Shown: positions 39,269 to 47,677 of the stretch, in pieces | Layout of the letters: each line of letters begins with the position of its first letter | Position numbering within the stretch: position 1 is the first letter of the stretch | DNA from: an uncultured Pseudomonadota bacterium | Lineage (GTDB): Bacteria > Oederibacteriota > Muellerivitia > Muellerivitales > Muellerivitaceae | NCBI GenBank assembly: GCA_963770835.1 | Contig: CAVYRH010000004.1 | Coordinates: 512,001-576,000, forward strand | Direction of reading: 5' to 3' | DNA length: 64,000 nucleotides | Notes under the pieces: model-generated | The model's input: only the letters and a program-made list of their open reading frames with translations | The model's database searches: none | What the model was told of the DNA's origin: nothing | Program-made: the position numbers and the translations under genes

Positions 39269-42200
39269 ATGATTTTTCTTTTCACGGAAATCGATCATCC
39301 GGAGGTTTTTCAAAAGAAGGGTACCCCTGAGGGCGACCATATCCTTGCCAGCCAATATTTCCTGATCGAAGAAATACTACTCAACCACGGCGTCCATTGG
39401 ATGCAACGCTCCCCTACCGGCGTCCTGGCGGCGTTTGAGGGCGGGGCAAGCTCGGAAAAAGCACGGGCCTCCGGTGAAACCACCCCCACCGGACAACCAG
39501 GTAGGCCAGCGGAAGCCGCCCTCTCCCTTCAAAAGGACTTCCAAAGCCATCAGTGGGGGCAGTTCGGCAAGGCCAAGCTCCGGGTGGCGCTCCACTCGGG
39601 GGAAGCCGAACCGGCGGGCCAGACTTACGTAGGGCCCGAGGTCACCCATGCCTTGAAACTCCTGGAAGCCGCCCAGTGGTCCCAAACGCTCCTGACGGTG
39701 CCGGCGGTTCATTTCATCCCCCTTCCCCCAGGCTCCCGCTTGAAGGACATGGGAAAACATTTCCTCAAGGATTTAACCGAACCCCAAAACCTTTATGCCC
39801 TGCTCCATCCGGACATTGACGGCGGCGAGGTCCTGCCGCCCCAATCCCTGGAGGATTATCCCCAGAATTTTTTCCCCCAATCCTCACCCTTTTTCGGGCG
39901 TGAGGAGGAATTGGGGGAAATCACCGGACTCCTAGCTTCACCCCCAACCCGGCTGGTGACCCTGACCGGCCCGGGCGGTTTCGGCAAGACCCGTCTGGCT
40001 TTCCAAGCCGCCGCGGAGGTGGTTGAAAAATTCAAGGACGGCGTCTTTATCGTGTCGCTGGCCCCACTCCTGTCGGACCACCTCCTGATCGCCAGCGTCG
40101 CCACCGCCATCCAGTTTTTCTTTTACGGCGCGGAAGACCCCAAGACCCAGCTTTTGGGCCACCTCAAGGAAAAGGAAATGCTGTTGCTGATGGACAATTT
40201 CGAACACATCATCGAAGGAGCCGAATTTGTCCAAGAGATCCTTTCCGCCGCTCCCCGAGTCAAGGTCCTGGCCACCTCCCGGGAAAAGCTGGGGGTGGAA
40301 GCGGAAAAGGTTTTCGAGGTCAAGGGGCTCCGTTATCCGTTGGCCGAGAACGCCGGCCAGATGGAAGCGTCCAGTGCCGTTCAGCTTTTCATGAAGAGCG
40401 CCCACCGCATCCAGCCTCATTTCGAGCTGGCGACGGAGGACCGGGGGTCCCTCCTGGATATCTGCCGCTTTTTGGAAGGCATGCCCCTGGGGCTGGAACT
40501 TTCCGCCACCTGGGTGGGAACGCTTACGCTCCCCCAAATCGCCGAAAAAATTGAAACCAGCCGGGACTTCCTGGCCACCTCCATGCCCCACCTACCGGCC
40601 CGCCACCGGTCCCTCAGGGCGGTATTTGAATATTCCTGGATTCTCCTGACCGAGGCCCAAAAGAAAGCCTTGAAGTCCATTTCCGTTTTCCGTGGCGGTT
40701 TTACCGTTGATGCGGTCAAGAAGGTGGCGGGGGCGGCCGAGGAACTGCTGGAACGGCTGGCCCAAAAATCCCTGGTGCGCAAAAAGGAAGGCCGTTGGGA
40801 AATCCATGAATTACTGAAGTACTACGCCAAGGAGAAACTGTTCGACGATTCCGGTGAAAAGGAAAGATCCTTCGACGCCCATAGCGGTTATTTCAGCCAA
40901 TGGCTTCGGAAAAGGGAAAGGGACCTGACCGGGCCCCGGCAACAAAAAGCGCTGGAAGAGATGGTGGAGGAAATCGGAAATATCCGGGAGGGCTGGAGAA
41001 GGGCCGTGGAGAAAGGGATGGTGGAGGAACTGGGGGATTACTTAGAGGCTTATTTCATTGTCCTGGAGACCAAGGGATGGTTCCAGGAAGGCCAGGAAGC
41101 CTTCCGACAGGCCGCCCAATCCATCCGGGAGGCTTCCTCCGCCGGAAGTTCCAAGCCCACCCCCGTTTTTCTCCTTTTGGCCCGGCTCTTGTGCCGCTGG
41201 GCCGATTTTGAACGGAACCTGGGCAATACCCCCAAGGCTGAGGAATTGCTCAAGGAGAGCTTGGGGGATTTCCAATCCGCCTCGGCCCCCCAACTGTCGG
41301 GATACGCGTTGGGAGGCCTGGGAAAGGTGGTGGAAACGAAGGGCGATTACAAAGCCGCGAAGGTCCTTTTCAATAAGAGTTTAAAAACCTTTCAAAAGGC
41401 CAGGGACCGGCATGGGTCGGCCTGGGCCTTGAATGAACTGGGCCATATGGAGTCCCTGGCGGGAAATTTCAAGGCCGCCCAGGCCCTCATCCGCCGCAGC
41501 CTTTCCCACTCCGAGGCCGGGGGGGACCGAAGGTCCGTGGGCCATTCCTATATCCTTTTAGGGGACGCCCTCTATGGATTGGGGCAGATGGAGGAGTCCA
41601 AACTTTTTTACCAAAAGGGCCTGGATGCCTACCTGGAGTCGGGGGACCGAAGGGGCATGAGTTGGGCTTTCCTTAACCTGGGCCGGGTGGCCGAGATGCT
41701 GGGCAATTATGGCGGGGCCCGCCAGATGTACAGGGAAGGCATGGTCATCGCCAAGGACTTGGGTGACCTCCGGGGCCTGGCCTGGGCCGACAACCTACTT
41801 GGTTTCACAAGCTGGGCCACGGGGAATTACCAGGAAGCCCAGCGGTTTTACCAGGAAGGGCTCTCCCTTTACCGGAAGATCGACGACCAGCGCGGGCAGG
41901 CTTGGACCCTGGACCTGCTGGGCAACATCAAGCTGGCCCAGGGCAATGATAAGGAAGCTGAGGAATACTACCAGCAAGCCCGCGCGCTAGTCCTCCAGGA
42001 GGGAATGAGCACCCAGAATAAGGCATGGGACGCCTTCCACCAGGGGGTCCTCGCGGCTTTCCGTGGCGAATCCCGGCAGGCTTTCCAACGGTTCAAGGAA
42101 GGCCTGGGGTGGTTCCGTTCGATCGGGGACAGCTTGGGCCAAATGACTTGTTACCTCCATCTGGGAGAGGCAAGCCTAACCCTAAAAGAAACAGCGGCCG

Positions 42201-42628
42201 CGGGGAATTATTTCCGCAAAGCCGCTTCCCTGGCCCTGGAACGCCGTTTGAAGCCTTTCCTGTCAGACCTTCTGGTGGGCGCTGCCAAGCTGGCGAAGGC
42301 CCAGGGCGACGAGGGGCAAGCCCTCGGGTTGTTGATGGCCGCCCTGTCCCAGCCCACCTGCCGCCAGCCAACCAAGGACCGGACCCTCACCCTTTTGAAA
42401 GAACTCCAGTCCCGCTTCACGGCTCAGGAAGTGGAAGGGTCCGCCCATTGGGCCAAGAGCACCCGCATTGAGGACATCGTGGCCGATTGGGTTGCCTCCA
42501 GTTCGGGGTTATTAAAGAAGAAAGGTTTCTCCCGGAAGCACCACTCCCGAAAGAAACAGCGCGGTTCCGGGAACAAATCCCGGAAGGCGGGGAAGGCTCT
42601 CAAATCGCGGGGGAAGAAAAGAAAATAG
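39269..42628 (+). CDS. STAND-type NTPase: degenerate class III cyclase domain, P-loop NTPase, TPR array, basic tail
   Basis: IFLFTEI..LRVALHSGE..YVGP cyclase-like region. FFGREEE, GPGGFGKT, LLLMDNFEH, LATSRE and GMPLGLEL NTPase motifs. Many TPR-like repeats. Confidence 0.85.
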   Translation: MIFLFTEIDHPEVFQKKGTPEGDHILASQYFLIEEILLNHGVHWMQRSPTGVLAAFEGGASSEKARASGETTPTGQPGRPAEAALSLQKDFQSHQWGQFGKAKLRVALHSGEAEPAGQTYVGPEVTHALKLLEAAQWSQTLLTVPAVHFIPLPPGSRLKDMGKHFLKDLTEPQNLYALLHPDIDGGEVLPPQSLEDYPQNFFPQSSPFFGREEELGEITGLLASPPTRLVTLTGPGGFGKTRLAFQAAAEVVEKFKDGVFIVSLAPLLSDHLLIASVATAIQFFFYGAEDPKTQLLGHLKEKEMLLLMDNFEHIIEGAEFVQEILSAAPRVKVLATSREKLGVEAEKVFEVKGLRYPLAENAGQMEASSAVQLFMKSAHRIQPHFELATEDRGSLLDICRFLEGMPLGLELSATWVGTLTLPQIAEKIETSRDFLATSMPHLPARHRSLRAVFEYSWILLTEAQKKALKSISVFRGGFTVDAVKKVAGAAEELLERLAQKSLVRKKEGRWEIHELLKYYAKEKLFDDSGEKERSFDAHSGYFSQWLRKRERDLTGPRQQKALEEMVEEIGNIREGWRRAVEKGMVEELGDYLEAYFIVLETKGWFQEGQEAFRQAAQSIREASSAGSSKPTPVFLLLARLLCRWADFERNLGNTPKAEELLKESLGDFQSASAPQLSGYALGGLGKVVETKGDYKAAKVLFNKSLKTFQKARDRHGSAWALNELGHMESLAGNFKAAQALIRRSLSHSEAGGDRRSVGHSYILLGDALYGLGQMEESKLFYQKGLDAYLESGDRRGMSWAFLNLGRVAEMLGNYGGARQMYREGMVIAKDLGDLRGLAWADNLLGFTSWATGNYQEAQRFYQEGLSLYRKIDDQRGQAWTLDLLGNIKLAQGNDKEAEEYYQQARALVLQEGMSTQNKAWDAFHQGVLAAFRGESRQAFQRFKEGLGWFRSIGDSLGQMTCYLHLGEASLTLKETAAAGNYFRKAASLALERRLKPFLSDLLVGAAKLAKAQGDEGQALGLLMAALSQPTCRQPTKDRTLTLLKELQSRFTAQEVEGSAHWAKSTRIEDIVADWVASSSGLLKKKGFSRKHHSRKKQRGSGNKSRKAGKALKSRGKKRK

Positions 42629-42712
42629 GCTCACCGGGCCCATGGAATCAGCTCTTTGGCCCGGCAAGCCTATTTCATATTTTAAAATCGGTTAAAAATC
42701 GCCCTGGGCGGC

Positions 42713-44308
42713 TTAAGGGCAAGTACTAGCCGTGAAATTCTGGATATGCAGGATGTTGCCCGCAACCACGTTGTAGGCCCGGATGCCCACGCTCCCCGTT
42801 GTGTAACCCGCCGTCAACCCGGTCAATCCAGTACAGGCCACCGTATCCGTCACATTGGTAAAGATCTGCACAGTGGCGCCACTCGCCACTCCCGGAGCGC
42901 TTTCCGGCGTCTCCCAGGCGTTGAAGGTCCCGCCCGAGGCCGTCACCTTCAAATGGACCCAGGTCCCCAGCGTATAGGCGTTCCCCGTCGCGCATCCCGG
43001 ATAGTAATAAAGCCCGTTCGTGCAGGCCTTTTCGATTTCCCATCGGTTATTCAAGCCATTCCATTGGAAACTGTAGGTTTCACTGACTGGGCCGTCACCC
43101 CGGAAGGCCGGTCCGAATACACCCTGGCTGACGGTATCGAGCTTGAAGTCCCCCTCCACCCCGTAATCCCCTAAGGACTGGTTAAAAGCGGTGTTCGTAG
43201 CGAAGGCCCAGGAATAAACCGTCCCGCTGGTGGGAGCTACCTGCAATTCTCCTGAAACAACCTGATAGGAAAGAGCCGCAGCCGAAGAAGTGCCCCAAGC
43301 GTAAAAATTATAATTGTTGAGGCTGGCCGAACTGCCGTAAGTATCCGTGAATTGAATGCAGGTTGACGCCGGAGTGGCGCTAGGTGTTGAAGAAGGCGTC
43401 GAAGTGGCCACGAACGTCGGAGTGCTCGTAGATATTGAAGTGTAGGTAGCGGTTGGGCTTGACGCGGAAGTGACGCAGGATTGGGCGTTGGCGAAGAAGT
43501 TCTTGATCCGCGCCACGTTCGGGCTATTGATGCCGTAGGTCCTCACGCCCACCCCGCCGCTGGTATAGGGGGAAGAGGTGTCGGTGGCGTTGAAAATCAA
43601 GTGGTCGCCGGTGCCGTCGTTGAAATTCACGTAGCATTTGAAATTGTTCCCCAAAGCCGCGACCTTCAAGTGCACCCAAGTCCCAAGAGTGTAGCCCGGG
43701 ACCGTCACGCAGCAGGCGGGATAGGTGAAGCTGACGGAAGGCGATCCCGTGTTCTTCTCCAGTTCCCAGTTGTGGGTGCCGCCGTCGGCATTCGAGAAGT
43801 TCCCATTCCATTGGAAGGAATAGAAGGAACCGTTGTTTCCGGTCCTGAAGGCGATTCCGAATACGCCCAGGCTGCCCTGGTAGGAATCCATCTCGAAGTC
43901 CGCTTCGACGGTGTAATTTGAAAGACTGTGGCTGAAGAGGGAGTCGTTCACGATGGCCAAGCCGCCGTTGGCCGTATCCTCAAGGATGCCCCCGGTGATC
44001 TGGTATCCGCCGCTGGCCGCCGTGCCGGCGGCCTGGGTGCCCGCGTCGAAGTAGCTATAGTTGGCCAGGTCCGCGGAACCGGAGAAATTATCCGAATAAG
44101 AAGCGCAGCCGGCTGTAGGAGTGGCCGTGGGAGTCCAGGAGACCGTCGCCGTGGTGGAGGCTGTCGGCCCACTCACCGTGGAGGTCGGGCTGGGAGAGGG
44201 CTCCCCGGGCCCGCTCAGGTTGTGGTGGGTGACGCAAGCGGTGGAAAACAATAAACAACTGAATAAAGCAGTCCCAATACCGGCTAAAGACAAATATCGG
44301 TTCATCAT
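42713..44308 (-). CDS. Lipoprotein with two ConA-like/DUF1080-like beta-sandwich domains
   Basis: Lipobox FSTAC. Two modules with Y.VE.DF, FQWNG, WE.EK, GTWVHLKV and G.VG.R motifs, separated by a Thr-rich linker. Start ATG 44308. Confidence 0.7.
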   Translation of the reverse strand: MMNRYLSLAGIGTALFSCLLFSTACVTHHNLSGPGEPSPSPTSTVSGPTASTTATVSWTPTATPTAGCASYSDNFSGSADLANYSYFDAGTQAAGTAASGGYQITGGILEDTANGGLAIVNDSLFSHSLSNYTVEADFEMDSYQGSLGVFGIAFRTGNNGSFYSFQWNGNFSNADGGTHNWELEKNTGSPSVSFTYPACCVTVPGYTLGTWVHLKVAALGNNFKCYVNFNDGTGDHLIFNATDTSSPYTSGGVGVRTYGINSPNVARIKNFFANAQSCVTSASSPTATYTSISTSTPTFVATSTPSSTPSATPASTCIQFTDTYGSSASLNNYNFYAWGTSSAAALSYQVVSGELQVAPTSGTVYSWAFATNTAFNQSLGDYGVEGDFKLDTVSQGVFGPAFRGDGPVSETYSFQWNGLNNRWEIEKACTNGLYYYPGCATGNAYTLGTWVHLKVTASGGTFNAWETPESAPGVASGATVQIFTNVTDTVACTGLTGLTAGYTTGSVGIRAYNVVAGNILHIQNFTASTCP

Positions 44309-44549
44309 TTTTCTCCATTCCTCTTTAAAATTCTTATCGATCAGGGAGAATTCCAATTTCCCCTCCGTCTGCTATCCAGTGTGTTGAGGGGGCGTTTTAT
44401 TCCATGGCGGGTTCTGTTTTCCGGTAAGGAAAAAAGTGTGGATTGTCCCGGAAATTGCTATATTTTGGCCTTGCTATCCTCAAGGACGTATTCTTTTGGG
44501 AATAAAAACCCCGCTCCACCCACTAGGTTAATGAGGGAAACCGCTAATC

Positions 44550-45161
44550 GTGGCGTGGAATCGGGGGAATCCGGCGGGGGCCCTTTTGGAAGACCGTGAA
44601 CTGGTGGAAAAGCTTTTAGCCAAGGAGGAACAGGCCTACGGGTATTTTTACGATACCTACCGGAACAAGATTTATAAGGCTTGTACCTACCTCTTAGGCT
44701 ACCAGGACCCCGACGCCGAGGACGTCGCGCAGGAAGTTTTTCTCGCAGCCTTGAAACAACTCCCTCAATTCGAGTTCCGGTCCAGCCTTTACCACTGGCT
44801 TTACCGCATCGCCATGTACCTTTGTTACGAGAGGATCCGCAAGCGCCGCCGGCTTGTCGTCAGCCTGCAGGAGGACCTAGAAACGGCGGCCACGGGCTTG
44901 TCCATCCGTCACGAGGACGAGGCGAATGAGGAAACAAAAAAGAAGAAAATGCTGGAAGTTGTGGCAGCACAAAAGGAATCCATGGGCGATCCTTGCCGAA
45001 GCCTCCTGGACATGAGGGAAAAGCAGGAAAAGAGCTATGCCCAAATCGCTGACGCCCTAAAGGTACCTATCGGAACAGTGATGTCCCGGCTGGCGCGGTG
45101 CAAGGAAGCGCTGAAAGCCCTGGTTTTGGGGGCTTTAAAGGAAACGTCTCATGGCGGATGA
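44550..45161 (+). CDS. ECF (sigma-70 group 4) RNA polymerase sigma factor
   Basis: DAEDVAQEVF, F..RSSL..WLYRIA and SYAQIADALKVPIGTVMSRLAR motifs. Confidence 0.93.
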   Translation: MAWNRGNPAGALLEDRELVEKLLAKEEQAYGYFYDTYRNKIYKACTYLLGYQDPDAEDVAQEVFLAALKQLPQFEFRSSLYHWLYRIAMYLCYERIRKRRRLVVSLQEDLETAATGLSIRHEDEANEETKKKKMLEVVAAQKESMGDPCRSLLDMREKQEKSYAQIADALKVPIGTVMSRLARCKEALKALVLGALKETSHGG

Positions 45162-45868
45162 CCTTATCATCAAATTTTTCAGGGAAGACCTGACCGAGGC
45201 CGAGGAAAAAGCCTTGAGCGACCGGCTTTTGTCCTCCACCGAGGACGCCTTGCGTTTCGGACATCACGCCGAAGCCTCTTACCGGCACTATGGCCTACCC
45301 GAGCCCAAATGGCGGGGCGGCGGGCCTCCGCCGGGGTTCCTACCCAAATCCGCCTTCAAGCTGGGACCCTGGCTTTTAACGGGACTCGTCGCCGGTTTGT
45401 CGGCCTGGGCGGTTTGGAATTATTGTTGGAAAGGAACCGAAAGGAAAATGACGGCCTCCGTTCCGCCCGCTTTTTCCAACCCCGTTCAATCCCCCGTGGC
45501 GGCGAAACCCAATCCTCCAGCCGTCCAACCAAAGGAAGCGGTCATTCCGGAAAAACTGGTTCTTCTGGGGGCCCCGCCGTCCCCGGCTTTAACGCCGATG
45601 AAAATGGGGGACCCAACCCATCATCCCCACACCAACTTGGAAGTTTTGGTGAACCAGAAAAAACTCGGGGCCATTACCGTCCGGGTAATGGGTCCGGATG
45701 GGGACCCAGGCTGTGATGCTTTACCAGGGAACGCTTCAACCCGGGGGATGGACTTTCGATTGGAACGGACGGCTGTCTAATGGGGGCGCGCCATCCGCAG
45801 GAACCTACCAAATCCAGGTGGTTTCCGGCCCGGTCACCTTGAATAAGAGCGTGGTTATCCGGAAATAG
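45151..45868 (+). pseudogene. Putative anti-sigma factor (single TM, Pro-rich linker, FlgD-Ig-like C-domain) interrupted by a 1-nt frameshift
   Basis: Overlaps the sigma gene. Removing one G from GGGG at 45700-45703 extends the frame as GTQAVMLYQGTLQPGGWTFDWNGRLSNGGAPSAGTYQIQV..KSVVIRK to TAG 45866-45868. Could also be a sequencing error. Confidence 0.7.
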
Positions 45869-45894
45869 CCGGTCGAAGACACCTTTTTGCACCC

Positions 45895-47646
45895 TTGTTT
45901 CCCGAACTACGAATTCGTTGTTCCTATCGTTTGCAGAATATGTTAAATAAAAAGTCCTTTGAGGGAATAAAAAAGCCCCTGCCGACACTAGATAAGTGGA
46001 AGGCTCAAATGGCTTTTTTTCACCTTAGGTGGATGAAAAGAGACCTATTGATTATGAAGCTTTTGAGCCTATTTATTTTCCGCAAGCGGTATAGGCGGGC
46101 GGCGGTCATGCCCCGACCTGGTATTACCCATTCGGAGCCTTCCAAATTTATTCCAATTTGCCTTTCTTTCGGTGTTTTTACCATTGTTTTAGCGTCCTTC
46201 CTCCTGGCTTCTTTTTCCATTCCCGCCCTTTCCTACGCGAGTCAAACCGTCTATTCCGCCTCTTCGCAATCCGATTCCTTGGACAACACCAATGACGTTG
46301 CTCGTTCGGCCGCCATGGGCTCGGCCTTCACCGGGGTGGCGGACGACGCCTCAGCCCTCTTCAGTAACCCGGCGGGATTGGGATTTTTAAAACAAGGCCA
46401 GTTGTTCCTTAATAGTGATTTCTGGTTGGTGGGAACGTTCCAGGAAACGGCCCTTTTCGGGATGCCGACCACGGGCGCGGGGGGAATCGCCCTGGCCGTC
46501 CATTATCTGGATTACGGCCTCTTCGAAGGAAGGGATGAACTCGGTTCGATCACGGCCAATTACAGCGCGGACCGATTGGGCCTGGATGCGGGATGGGGAT
46601 ATGAGGTCCTGAAAAATTTGTCCTTGGGGATTGGGTTCAGCGGCTCCCAAGCGACCCTAGCCGGACAAGGTTATACCTACTTCACCACCAACATTGGGGT
46701 TTTGTGGAAGAGCCGGCAGGGTTTCGGGTTGGGGGCCTCCTACGTGAATACAGGATGGGTTTCCCCCGGAGGGGCGAGCGAAGACGCGGTGAACCTCGGG
46801 GCTTCTTTTAATACAGTTTTGGATTCCACTAGCCACCTTTTGATGGCGTTGGGAGGGTCCATCGAACCTGGCGCGGTCAACTACCTGCAAGCGGGCGCTG
46901 AGTATTCCATCCAGAACCAAGTCTTCCTGCGCGCAGGATGCCAAGTGCCCCTTTCGGACCAAACTATTGGAGGTTTGACGGATCTCACGGCGGGAGTGGG
47001 TTTTCACCTTTCCGATTTCAGCCTGGATTACGCATTCCTGCCTTATGGGGACCTGGGGGCCGCCCACCGGGTCAGCGTGGGATACTTTTTTGAAAGCGGC
47101 CCGCCGAAGGGATCGTCCCTTGGAAAAAACAATTCATCCCCCGGCTCCCAATCCGGCCTTTTGGGTCAAAAAGGGAATGGCCTCAAGGCCGTCACGGTTC
47201 CGGGCATGGCGGGTTCTCCTAATCCCTCCTTCACCGCCCAAGGGATTCCTCCCCTTCCCCCCAACCCGATAGCGCCCTCATTGCCCCAAGCACCCGCACC
47301 CGTCACTGTTTTCAGTCCGGCAGCGCCCATTTCCCAAACCCAAGCCGCCCCCCCAGCGGAGGCCAAGGATTCCCTGGTCGTTCAGTTCGACCTGCCGGAT
47401 AATTCCGTGCCCAGTGGCGCCGAACTTGAAAAAGAAGGGAAAACAAGGGAAGCTTTGGCGGCCTATATTGAAGCGGTTAAACAAAATCCCGGGGACGCCG
47501 CGTCCTGGTATGCCATGGGAAACCTGTACCGGCAGATGAGCCAAAAAGCTTATGCCATCCAATGTTTTGGGCAGGTTCTCAAGCTTGAGCCGAATAACCA
47601 GAAACTGGCCGATTGGCTGGAACAGTACAAGGATTCCAATCCGTAA
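45895..47646 (+). CDS. PorV/FadL-like outer-membrane beta-barrel with Pro-rich linker and C-terminal TPR
   Basis: ARSAAMGSAFTGVADDASALFSNPAGL hatch motif, LDYAF..GDLG..HRVSVGY barrel end, and TPR ..NPGDAASWYAMGNLY. The real start is probably later (46054 or 46108). Confidence 0.8.
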   Translation: MFPELRIRCSYRLQNMLNKKSFEGIKKPLPTLDKWKAQMAFFHLRWMKRDLLIMKLLSLFIFRKRYRRAAVMPRPGITHSEPSKFIPICLSFGVFTIVLASFLLASFSIPALSYASQTVYSASSQSDSLDNTNDVARSAAMGSAFTGVADDASALFSNPAGLGFLKQGQLFLNSDFWLVGTFQETALFGMPTTGAGGIALAVHYLDYGLFEGRDELGSITANYSADRLGLDAGWGYEVLKNLSLGIGFSGSQATLAGQGYTYFTTNIGVLWKSRQGFGLGASYVNTGWVSPGGASEDAVNLGASFNTVLDSTSHLLMALGGSIEPGAVNYLQAGAEYSIQNQVFLRAGCQVPLSDQTIGGLTDLTAGVGFHLSDFSLDYAFLPYGDLGAAHRVSVGYFFESGPPKGSSLGKNNSSPGSQSGLLGQKGNGLKAVTVPGMAGSPNPSFTAQGIPPLPPNPIAPSLPQAPAPVTVFSPAAPISQTQAAPPAEAKDSLVVQFDLPDNSVPSGAELEKEGKTREALAAYIEAVKQNPGDAASWYAMGNLYRQMSQKAYAIQCFGQVLKLEPNNQKLADWLEQYKDSNP

Positions 47647-47677
47647 CCCGAGGAAAGGTTGAAAAGGAAATAACGGC

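Noticed and set aside
39269..42628. Anti-phage Avs-type defence gene
   Set aside because: There is no nuclease, SIR2 or other effector domain and no defence-island context. The architecture fits signalling STAND proteins.
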